This document shows positions 52,461 to 64,000 of a stretch of DNA of 64,000 nucleotides, piece after piece. Source of the DNA: Octopus sinensis (Eukaryota); assembly GCF_006345805.1 (NCBI RefSeq), contig NC_043013.1, positions 47,864,001-47,928,000 of the forward strand, read 5' to 3'. Made by a program: the position numbers and the translations under genes. Numbering within the stretch: the first letter of the stretch is position 1; each line of letters opens with the position of its first letter. The notes under the pieces are model-generated. The model saw nothing but the letters and a program-made list of their open reading frames with translations. It did no database searches and was not told the origin of the DNA.

Positions 52461-52698
52461 TAGTAATCCTTCGACTATCCCGTGTGTTACGTTCTAAAAA
52501 AAACCCGCGATACGTGAAAATCCGTGAAGTGGAAACAGTACTGTGCTGTATATATTTTTTCATTATTTTTATAATTTGTATTTATTTATTTTATTATAAA
52601 TGCAAAACAACGCCGCGGAGGAATCGACGTAAGCTTAAATAGTAAACCGTGATAGTTGAATCGCAATTGGTGAACCGCCATGTGGCGAGGGATTACTG
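52461..52698. mobile_element. pogo/Tigger-type MITE, 238 bp
   Basis: ta|tagtaatccttcgac ... ggcgagggattactg|ta; imperfect TIRs with TA TSD. Confidence 0.65.
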
Positions 52699-53804
52699 TA
52701 GTCTAGGGAACTGAATAACTGGTATCGTTTCGTTTTCTGTTTAAGCAATTAACTTACTTTGGACAATTTCCTAGAGAGAGACTTGACCATCATAATACCA
52801 GTAAGTACTTCTGACTATCTGTTCATGCATTTACAACAAAAATATTACCAAGAAAGTATTAGTTATTAATCAACATGTCAAATACTTATCAAAAAGTAAG
52901 TCGATGTCATTTGTACACCGAGGAAAGATTTCTGTTGATTCTAAAGATCTGCTTTGCTTTAATCAACTTAGACATTTCTTAGTCTTAACTATGTGGAGAT
53001 ATTTCTTTTATAAGCAGTTAGGATATCTGTGTGCATTGAAATTAGATATGACTTAAACACATCCAAACAAATAAGTTGAAATCATTTAGATTAAAGTTAA
53101 TTCTTATCATACTGAAAGGTATACCCCTTGTTTAATCTGCCTTAAGTATTTAGTTATTTGACATGCCATGTATTACAGAATTCTATTTTACAGATACACA
53201 TAAGCAATATTTTTAATTTTTGCGTAGCTAGAAATTAAGCTTTAACATGCATGTTTACATAAGATTTAGAAAAGAAAACTACTTAAGCTATATAATTTCA
53301 TATGTAATCTATTAGACTACATTTACACTCAATTCTCAACATAAAATACCTTAATGCAAGAAACCTTTTATAATCGAAACCTTAAGTAGGAATTTTAAAG
53401 GGTTTGCGAGCCTGTAACAAACTTTACATCACCTGGTAAGTAATCAAGTATTTCAAAGTTAACATCACTGAATTTCTTCGGGATGTGAGAAGAGTGCAGT
53501 TTTTTCTTTGCAGTCTAGACTATGAAAAAAATAGGTACTTCAAGCTCAGCTTCCTAGTACGTACACCGGGATTTTTTTACGAGGGCTCGAAACATCTCAC
53601 GTTATGAGTACAAGACTAAAGAGGAGGGTTAAGGACATATTTCACCGATGTCTACTATTATTGCTCAAAATAGAATAAGCTTTCCTGGCAACAGCTATTA
53701 TGTTCACCACCAAACTATATTGAACGTTATAATTCAGAGATCTCTGCACATATTAAGAACAGAAGACCATTCTCATGCATTAATGTTATTAGCGGATATA
53801 CAAT

Positions 53805-53965
53805 AGGCGCAGGTGTAAGTGTATGGTTAGAGGCTTGCTTCACATCTACATACTTTCGGGGTTCGGTCCCACTGCGTGGACCCATGACAAGTATTTTGTA
53901 CTATAGCATCAGGCCTACTGAAGACTTGCAAGCGGATATGATAGACGGAAACAGAAAGAAAACCG

Positions 53966-54056
<91 letters not shown>

Positions 54057-54335
54057 ATGTATGTATGTACATATATATGTATATATATATAATATATACG
54101 CACATGCACATGTATATATATATATATGTGTGTGTATACTTGTATCTGTGTTTACCCCTCACCAATGCTTGATAGCCTGTGACGATGTGTTTACGTCCCC
54201 GTAACACGGCGGAGGAGACGGATAGAATAAGTATCAGGCTTTAAAAAAGTCCTGCGGTTCATTTGGTAGACTAAAACCATTCATAGCGTTGCCCCACCAC
54301 GGCCACGGTTAAATGATAGAAACAAGTGAAATATA
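53805..54335 (+). mobile_element. Family B SINE with expanded internal microsatellite
   Basis: aggcgcaggtg head; tail gatagaataagtatcaggct...aaatgatagaaacaag. Confidence 0.8.
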
Positions 54336-55124
54336 AACGATAAAAAAGCATGAAAATTAGTATATACCGACACTAATGGCAGGATGTATAGTTTCAGATG
54401 CGGTGTACTAGATCATATTTAGGACAGTAGGCTTTGATTTGAAGGAGAATTAATTTCTATTTTCAGAATGTTGACCGAGCATATAGAGGTTCTTTATCTT
54501 TTCATAATAATATGAAAATAATGGTTGAAAAGTATCGTTATAGGTATAAATATACCATACGCAATATTAGAAAAGTGGAGGATGAAAAGATGTTGAATCA
54601 AAATTAGACTTAATGCAAAATAGGAATCAATACATATGCGCGTTTCAAAAGACAATACAAATATCTAAGAAAAAAATTATAACCATAGTAATTATAATTA
54701 AATTTATTCACTGTCATTTTCATCAGTGTGAGGAATTGTTATAAGGTCAACAAAAAGATTTAATAAAATAAAGTAAAGTAAAATAAGATACAATAAGGGA
54801 GAATACAAATGGAGTAATAGGGAAAAAAATCAGATATTTACAAGCAAGTTGTAAAAGGGGAAGAAATAACAGTAATAATAATAGTAAGAGAGATGGAACA
54901 CAATAAAGACAGACATATCAATGCGCATGGAAGTCTATATGTGCGGTAAGCTATAACATGAAAATAAGAATGAAAGGCTAACAGGTGTGTTTAAAAAATG
55001 GTAACAGGTCGAGACAAAGTATAATAAACAGGACCACGTTTGTATAGTAGAATATAACGTAACAAGTGGACTAGTAGAAAAAACTATAGAGAGTTATACA
55101 TATACATATTAATATTGAGAAAAC

Positions 55125-55489
<365 letters not shown>

Positions 55490-56359
55490 CACGAGGCTAA
55501 AATGTGATAGGCCGGACTATGTTTGAAAAAGTAACATTATTAAAGTAAAAAGTACATGCATGCTGAGAAAAGCCAAAAAGAACTTAACGAGGAAAAAACA
55601 TCGATCAGACAAGACCAGGGTAGGGGAGACAATCAGAAAAAGTAGGAATAAAAACGAATATATGAAGGAAAAAATTGTTATTAAAATATACAGTCATACA
55701 CATACACAACACACACATATATACCCACCTCGTTTGTATTCTCCCTTATTGTATCTTATTTTAATTTACTTTATTTTATTAAACATTTTTGATGTTCTTA
55801 CAAAAATTCCGCACACTGATGAAAATGACAATGCATAAATTTAATTATAATTACTATGGTAACGAAAACAAACATGAAGAGTCATTAGACCAGAATTAGA
55901 GGAAAATAGTGAACGCTGGGCGAAATATTTATTTTTAAAAGAGAAAAGATAGAAGAGAAAGAAGTAAACAATGTCCAGTCTTGCGAACGTCCATGCAGAA
56001 AAAGAAAGATTGACGATGGTTTCGTGTAAGCAACGACAGAGAGAAAAAGAGAAAAAGGAGGAGAGAGACAGATAGAAAACGGCGAAGGAGGGAGAGGAGA
56101 AAAAGAGAATTGGAGAAGGATGGAGGAAGAAATGAGGAGTAGATAGACAGCAGACAACTGATGAAGGTTCATTTCTCTGTGTTTACTTGTTCTATTTTCC
56201 ATTTTTTCTACCGTTCTTTACGTATTTCATGTTGTTTGCATCGTTGGTGACGTCCTGTACCCATATATGCATATATATATAATCATTATTATCATTATTA
56301 TTATTATTATTATTATTATATTATTATTATTATTATTATTATCATTATTATTATTATAA

Positions 56360-56398
<39 letters not shown>

Positions 56399-56409
56399 AT
56401 TATTATTAT

Positions 56410-56857
56410 TATTATTCAGTAGTTTTATTTTTATTTTTATAGCGTGCTTTCACTTCACTACCGAGCGCAGCTCTGTGTGCCTTGGGTATGTGCTGTGATT
56501 TGTTGTGATGCTCTGATGGTTATTGTATGGAAAGTGTTCTGCGTAGGATGTGTGCAGTGCCTAGTAGTGCAATTTTCTGTATGTTATATGTGTTTGTAAG
56601 TCCTGGTGTTTTTGTTATGTATTTGTCTGAATATTTTTTTATCATGCCTAATGCACCTACTATGATAGGAATTGTTTCTGTTTTCAGATTCCACATTCTA
56701 GTTACCTCTATTTCCAGGTCTTTGTATTTTGAGAGTTTCTCCATTTCTTTTAGAGACACGTTGTCATCTGCCGGTACTGATACATCAATTAGAAAGCATT
56801 TTTTTTCTTCATGGTCTCTGACAACTATATCTGTTGGCCTTAATTTCTCTATCTGTG

Positions 56858-56858
<1 letters not shown>
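56410..56858 (-). mobile_element. R4/Dong LINE 3' end (restriction-like endonuclease + 3' UTR) inside (TAA)n
   Basis: RPTDIVVRDHEEKKCFLIDVSVPADDNVSLKEMEKLSKYKDLEIEVTRMW...IPIIVGALG...QKIALLGTAHILRRTL; (TAA)n on both flanks. Confidence 0.88.
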
Positions 56859-56905
<47 letters not shown>

Positions 56906-57611
56906 GCATGTAACAATCGCGTGTGTATATAAGCAAACATATGAATTTTTAGAAGCATCGAATGTGTATCGTACGATACAGACAAGGAATTGATATTTCG
57001 AAAGCAGTATCGCCGTTAAAACAGAAGAAAAATTGGGTAGTATTATCCTTACAGAGCAGAAAAAATGTCTCAACAAACAACCGTATATATATATTGAGCA
57101 ATATGGCACCTAAAATATATTGTAAAATACAAAGAGTGATATTTGATGTTGATGGAAAAAAAGTTCAAAGCTACTTATTTCGGGAGAATAGTTAGAAACT
57201 CTAACAAGATGCCTTGGAGTCTCTACTGATTGCTTCCTGAGCTCAAATCTTGCCAATACCAATCTGACCTTCACTTCTTCTGGGTTTAAAAAAAATAAAT
57301 AGCAGTGACGTACTGCGGTGGATTTCGTGAACTATACCCACCCACATCCTTGAAATGTATGGTATCTGTGGCGGTATTAGAAACTCCTAATACTATTGAA
57401 TTGCTATCTGAGAAACTGGCGCAGTGAAAACTAACTAATAATTGACAGTGTAATAGGGAATAGATAAGAAGTGTCGTGCCTAAAATGACTGAAGGAAAGC
57501 GAGATAGTAAAAGATCCATGTATGTGGTCACTTGATAAGCTAGAAATAGCCATCAAGTTCCTCAATATCACTCAAAATGGTATTTGGAAAGAAAGTACAG
57601 GGAAGGATTTA

Positions 57612-57778
57612 AGTTGAATTGATCAATCCCAGTGCTCAACTGCTACTTAATTTATCGACCCCGAAAGGATGAAAGCCAAAGTCGAGCTCGGCGGAATTTG
57701 AACTCAGAACGTAAAGACGGACGAAACGTCGTTAACCTTTTTGTTCGGCATATTAACGATTCTGCCATCTCGCCGCCT
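57612..57778 (-). mobile_element. Family A SINE
   Basis: Core and head. Confidence 0.82.
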
Positions 57779-58144
57779 GAAATCTTATTAAATGTTAAAA
57801 CTAATCTGTAACTACTGGAACTTATAAACGCTCTAAAGAAACATAATTTTTCGATTGTACTACAAAACCTAAAGAAACGTCTAAATATTACCATTATTAC
57901 ACAAAAATGGACTGTATTTCATAATTACTCTACATTGACTGCATTTGACACTACCCAGTGGAAGCGCTAGCCTCAGTGGTTAGAGGTGCATGTGCTTGTG
58001 GTTAGGGTGCTATATTCACGATTGTAAGTTCTCAGTTTTGATTCCCAAGGTAAAATACAGGGGGAGCACTCGAGTAAAGTTTCTTCTTGTTATTTTAAAG
58101 TTTCTACATTCGTTTCACCATTATGGTTATATAGATGTTCTGGT

Positions 58145-58720
58145 GGAAGCGCATGGTTCAATGGTTAGACATCGGGCTCACAATCATGCGGTAGCGAGTT
58201 CGATTCCCAGATTGGGCTGTGATTGTGTTCTTCAACAAGACACTTTATTTCGCGTTGTTCCAGTTCACTCAGATGTAGAAACAAGTTGCGACGTGACTGG
58301 TGCCAAGTTGTATCGGCCCCTTTTGCCTTTCCCTTGAACAACATTGAACAACAATGGCGAGGGGAGACCGATATGCCTGTGGGATAAAGGCGGCCAGCTA
58401 GCAGAAACGTTAGCACACCGGGCGAAATGCTTAGGGGTATTTCGTCTGCCACTACGTTCTGGGTTCAAATTCCGCCGAGGTCGACTTTGCCTTTCATGCT
58501 TTCGGGGTCGATTAAATAAGTACCAGTTACGCACTGGGGTCGATGTAATCGGATTAATTCGTTTGTCTGTCCTTGTTTCTCCTCTCTGTGTTTAGCCCCT
58601 TGTGGGTAGTAAAGAAATAGGTATGCCTGTGGGACTGTTGGTCTTTCACAAAACAACCTTGATCGGATTTGTGTCTCGAAGGGGAACTTTCTGGATGCAA
58701 TCCCATGGTCATTCCTTTAC
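58145..58720 (+). mobile_element. Family C SINE interrupted by a family A SINE
   Basis: Head gaagcgcatggttcaatggttagac...gagttcgattccc; sequence resumes after 58621. Confidence 0.82.
58385..58621 (+). mobile_element. Family A SINE with 13-bp TSD
   Basis: tatgcctgtggga at 58372-58384 and 58622-58634. Confidence 0.9.
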
Positions 58721-59645
58721 CCTTTAACACTACACAACAAATTCAGTATTGCAATTCTTCCACAGAATTAATTATCACAATTGCTCTGCAGAAAATAACT
58801 CGGGATGCAATATTTCTATGGAGATTAACTCGACATTACTATCACTCAACAAAAAAGAGTATGAGTTGTTATCTTCCTTCGTGTTTTATAGTAACTATTA
58901 AAAAAAGTATGTGTCATAATGAATTATTTCGTACATAAACTTACTTTAGATGTTCTGCATTAGAGAAAATACTTTTCTAATAACAACATTTTCAAACAGG
59001 AATATGTGATCGTATATATCTGTGTTATTATACGCATATGGGCAAGAAAAAAAGAAAAACAGGCATGCATATAAATATGTATTCACTATATGCCTACGTA
59101 AATATAAGCTTCTCTTTAATTGCACACAAATGTAAGTTTAACGTGTGTGTGAAAGCATTGATATTAAATGTAATGTGTAGGTATGCGTGAATGGGAATTT
59201 ATATCTAATTATTTGTATATGCATATATACATATATGTGTGCATTTATGTCTGTCCGTGTGTTTATTTATATCTAAACGCGCATGTAAGTGCATATATGT
59301 TTGTGTGTGTAAAGTGTGAATGAGTCTTGTTCATATATGTCTACATAAATGTATGTGTGTATATATAAAACTTTACATCTGCACATATATAATATACTTC
59401 TAATTATGTTTAAACATAGCAATAAATGCATAATTATACACACACATATATTGCATATATATGGGCATATACACGCATATATTATATATACAATATATAT
59501 TATAATACAAATATATATATATGTATATATATAATATATATGAATGCACACATCTATATTATATATATGAATGTACATGTATTATAATATAAATATGTAT
59601 ATATATATATATATATATGATATATATTATAATATATAATTTATA

Positions 59646-59695
<50 letters not shown>

Positions 59696-59708
59696 TATAC
59701 ATAAATAT

Positions 59709-59746
<38 letters not shown>

Positions 59747-60208
59747 CTGTTATTTATATACTTATAAAACTAAACACGCCACAAAAACATATATACCCAA
59801 CACACTTATTAAAATTTGTTTTTCCTTCATTTTAACAACCTTCTCAAATTATATATTTCGTAATAACAAGGATTCCTGGGTTTTCAAAAGTCTTGAGCAA
59901 TATAACAAAAACCATAGTTTGGCGTTCTTTGTAATGACTTGTATTATATAGCTGGATTACGATGTGAAGGAGAAATATCGAAAGGGCCACAAATCGACAT
60001 TATCGTCTCTTTTAGCAGATAAAAGCTGGAGGACATATATTAAAACGTACATTAATTTTTCAATTATTTTTTTTGTCTCTTCAACATAATTGCGAAATTT
60101 GCAGCCTTATTTATTTGATCATCACTGCCGACATTTTTGATTTAATTTTGGCTGATTAAGTTGGCATCAGCGTTCCCCTTCTCACTAGTCTTTCACTATT
60201 CCTTCCTT

Positions 60209-60211
<3 letters not shown>

Positions 60212-60278
<67 letters not shown>

Positions 60279-60365
60279 CAACAACAATAGCAACAATAAC
60301 AACAGCAATAATAATAAAAAAGCATTATCGTTATAATGGTTGTTGTTGTTGTTGCTGTTGTAATT
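60212..60365. repeat. (AAT)n/(AAC)n/(GTT)n trinucleotide tract
   Basis: Direct reading. Confidence 0.93.
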
Positions 60366-61843
60366 GTTGATGTTTTTATTATCAATGCAGCTATATTACT
60401 TTTGTTATTATTCTCCTCATAATCATCGCCATCATTATCGTCATCTTCATCATTTTATTCGACACCACCCCTCTAAGCTTACGCTCCTCCTTCCCCTCAT
60501 CATCATCATTTTCTTTGATGTCATCTACTCATTTTCTATATTGCTATTTGATTTCTCGTTATATATGTGTGTTTTTCTCAATTTTCTTATAAGCTGAGGT
60601 GTAATTTTTAAAAATATTTCTGTCATTTTTATTAAAATTTAATTAAATTACTCGAAAATTTGGTTGTGTTGTTCGGCACAACTGTCCTACCCCTCACCGT
60701 ATTTATTGCTATTTTCTCTTTCACATCTACAGGCAATGATTAGTGTAGATAAATGGCTGCTGCAACGATCATTTTACCCCACCCACACACGTGAAAATCC
60801 CATTTCTATAACGCAACTATGGACATTTCCATATTTTCTATCTTCTGCCTCTCTAATTATTTGCTTAACATGTAGAAGAGTTAGGATTTGAAAAACCAGA
60901 ACACTGAATGTTTATTTATCCCGCACACTAGTGAATTTAATGCAGCCATTTGCTTGACTTTTCAGAATCCTAAACATACAGATACTCACACACACAAACG
61001 GATTTGTATATATAAGTGAATTGAAAGAGATGCAACTACAAATCGAAACCGTATTCTACTGTATCCAGTAGGTAATTCAGTTAATGTATGATTTTTCGCT
61101 TTGTTTTGTTCTCTGAAATAATTCTAAATATTTAATAGACAAAATCAAATTTGTTTATACAGTTTGCAGAATCACCTCGCACCTCTCCCACTCGCAAAAT
61201 TAGTTTAGTACGACTCCAAACACTTCAAAAGCTGGGAATTAATAGACTATTGACATCAAGAATGTTATAACATTTAGCTGGAATCTCCGCCTTGTTTCAA
61301 ATATCTTCAACTATTAATCAAACCTATCTAATGTAATATCTCCTAATGATTGCTTTCATTAAAACCATCGACGAAAATTGAATTTAGAAAATAGAACTGT
61401 AAGTCTTGAATTTATAATCCTGATAAGAGAAATTCTATTAAGTAAACTCATCCTCTGAAAACATCGCATTTTCGATGATGATAGGGACAAAAAGTTTCCA
61501 GTTAATTGTTCTGGCAGAAGCATTTATATGAATATTCTCTGCTATGTAAAATTGAGGTTTCTGTCAGCAACTTCACAAGTTCAAATAAGTACTCGGGCAA
61601 AAAAAAAAAATGAAGTTCTGCTCCATATGCCACTTTAAGAGTGGAGAATGGAGGGAAAATTAGAGAGGGTTAACTTTAAAATTATATAAAATTTACCCTC
61701 AGATTTCAAGAGCAATTACCAAATATACAATTTCAGTAAATGAAGTACGCCATACTGGAAATCATCTCTCTATCTCTCTTTCTCCCTCTGTCTATCTATC
61801 TCCATGTGTGTGCGCGTGCGTGTTATGTGTGTGTGAGAGAGAC

Positions 61844-61875
<32 letters not shown>

Positions 61876-62149
61876 GGGAGGATGAGAGAGTTTGAAGCGT
61901 ATGCACAAAAATTACAACGGAAACAAAAGATAAAGTGAAAATAATGACAGAAGTATCTGTGCAGTTTCAAGTTGAAGAGGAGTTGGCTAGTTTTCTTGTT
62001 TCCATTTAAGTATACATTTACGTAGGTGACATAATAATCAAAAAATGGTAGCACGTGATACGAAAGTATAGTCACATGTTTGTCTTTGTAAGTAGTACCA
62101 GTTAACTTATTTGCCTGATTTTGTTATACATACATTATATATATATATA

Positions 62150-64000
62150 TATATATACATAGAGAGACAGACAGACATAGGGGGAGAAAGAGTTGAAATT
62201 TACAGAAAAACAAAAGACGAAGACAGGTGTACAAACAACAAGCAGGTGTATTAGTTTGACGCTCGGGAATGTGAGAGAGTCTCTTACGTCTTGAGCCTAC
62301 GCTTTTCAACGGAAAAGAACACGAGGAAATAAACAGAGAGAAAATAAAAACGCTTTTGGAGTTAGCGGTCAGTCATGGTGTCAGGTTGGAAAAAGGTGGT
62401 TAGATAGGAGAGCTAAGAAGAAGGGGAGATAATAAAGTACTGGTGATCCCAAAACGAAGGTGCGCGTGAGTGTGTGTATGTGAGAGTAACTGTGTGCGTG
62501 TGGATAGAAGCTGGTGACTTTGACATGTGGATGTGTGCGCGTGTAAGTGTGTGTCTGTAATGTGTGGGTGGTGTGAGGATGTGGGGGTAGGGGTGGATAG
62601 TGGAAGTAGGATGTGTGGGTGGGGTGTGGAAGGAGGGGTATCAATAACGGGAGAAGGCGCGTAGGAGTGAAGAGAGCAAGTACATGTCAGAGCAAGAGAG
62701 GAGAGGTGGGTAAGAGTGAAGAGAGGAAGTAGGTGTCAGATGGAGAGAGGGGAGGAGGAGAGTCAGATGAAGAAGAAAGGGGAGTTGAGCCTATGTGGCG
62801 CAAAGAGCGAAGAGAGAAGATTAATTTCTATTCACGGCGAAGGCGAGTCTGGATAGCCCCTATGCAAAGACAATCCGAACGTGGACAGGCGTTGTAATGA
62901 ATGACTTATGTACAGAGAAGGACAGAAAGAGCAGATGTGGAAAACGGCGTTGCTAGAAGTGCAGCTAAAGGAGGCAGTGATATGATAAGGATGATGTTGG
63001 GTGCCTGTGAGGATGGTGGTGTTGGAGAGGTAGGAGCAAGTGCGGTAGCGTGGGCAGGAGCAGGGGAACGAGCCAGGTTGGAAGGTGGGGTTAGGGAAGA
63101 AACTGTGGACCAGGACGTCACGTAGGCTGTGGGCTCATTTGAAAGAGGGAAGAGGTATGTTGGGGAAGATGTGCGAAGTGGAGGGGTCGGACTGGAGTCG
63201 CCGGAAGGCTCGGAGAATGGTACATTGGAAGGGCAGGGTGAAGGAGTAGTAGGTGAGGGTAAACGGGAGGCGGGCAACGACGGGGTGGGTTCAAGGAGAG
63301 AGAGCAGAGGCACGGTCCACGGAAGCGCTCTGGCAAGGGCGGTGTGGATAGTGGCGAGGGGATATCCACGAAGGATGAAGTGGTGAGCCATGAGTTGAGA
63401 CTGAGTCTCAAAGTCATGATTGCCACTGCAGAACCTGCGCAGACGGAGGAATTGGGAGTAGGGGATGGAGAGCTTGGTGTGGATAGGGTGGGAGGTGAAG
63501 TTGAGGTATGAATGTGAGTCAGTGTGTTTATAGTGGATGGATGTAGTGAGAGCGGAGTTGTGTGCGTTAAACGAAATGTCGAGAAAGGTAACGAAAGTGT
63601 TGGAAACGGTGGAGGAGAATACGAGGGCAGGATGGAAGGATTGGACAAAAGAAAGGAATGACTCTAGTTGTTCGCGGGAGAGCGATTTCGCACCGATACA
63701 GTCATCAATATAACGAGCGTATAGTTCGAGAGTGGGACCATTGAATCTTGAAAGTATTTGAGCCTCAATGTAGCCAACGAACAGGTTCGCATAGTTGGAG
63801 CCCATTCTTGTTCCCATGGCCACTCTCGAGATTTGTTGAAAAATCTCCCACGCGAACGAGAAGCATTTGAGGGAGAGAACAAGTTCGACCAGACGAAGTG
63901 TGGACGTGTCAGGTTTAGGGTTGGCTGGAAGGTCTAGGAAGTGTTTGAGGGCAAGAAGTCATTCGTTGTGTGGAGTCACCGTATATAGACTCTTGATATC
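62150..64000 (-). mobile_element. Penelope-like element (Neptune-like), running off the window end
   Basis: RT, Cys-rich linker, degenerate GIY-YIG, 3' UTR/pLTR with degenerate hammerhead (62280-62318). Confidence 0.88.
62790..64000 (-). pseudogene. PLE reverse transcriptase / GIY-YIG endonuclease pseudogene
   Basis: DIKSLYT...AMGTRMGSNYANLFVGYIE...RYIDD...FLD...YK.TDSHSYL...SIPYSQFLRLRRFCS; PGSFPCSCPRYRTCSYL linker; CSFCPSLYISHS; stops and frameshifts. Confidence 0.88.

Noticed and set aside
56155-56250. CTGATGAAGG start of a PLE-type hammerhead
   Set aside because: No matching helix II closure or GAAA found downstream.

Overview
AT-rich, repeat-dominated eukaryotic DNA. The SINE families and the very high load of (TA)n, (TACA)n and (TCTA)n microsatellites are most consistent with an octopus/coleoid cephalopod genome; this is an inference from repeat content. 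No convincing host protein-coding gene, rRNA, true tRNA or CRISPR array is visible, and most ORFs in the supplied track are microsatellite translations. The window is a fossil record of mobile elements: a full-length decayed hAT/Buster transposon with TIRs and TSD, mariner fragments (one with two left ends), several MITEs, Penelope-like elements (Neptune-like RT plus GIY-YIG, Naiad-like GIY-YIG), R4/Dong, HERO-like, RTE and RTE-X LINE fragments, and at least three tRNA-derived SINE families. The most unusual signal is a set of self-cleaving-ribozyme-like motifs. A 570-bp TSD-flanked foldback element joins a tRNA-like head to a Penelope-type hammerhead and carries one hammerhead on each strand. 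There are also two stand-alone type I hammerhead folds, a CUGUYGA-core hammerhead variant in Penelope pLTRs, and a degenerate HDV-like fold at the 5' end of a non-autonomous RTE derivative. All folds were read by eye and are untested.
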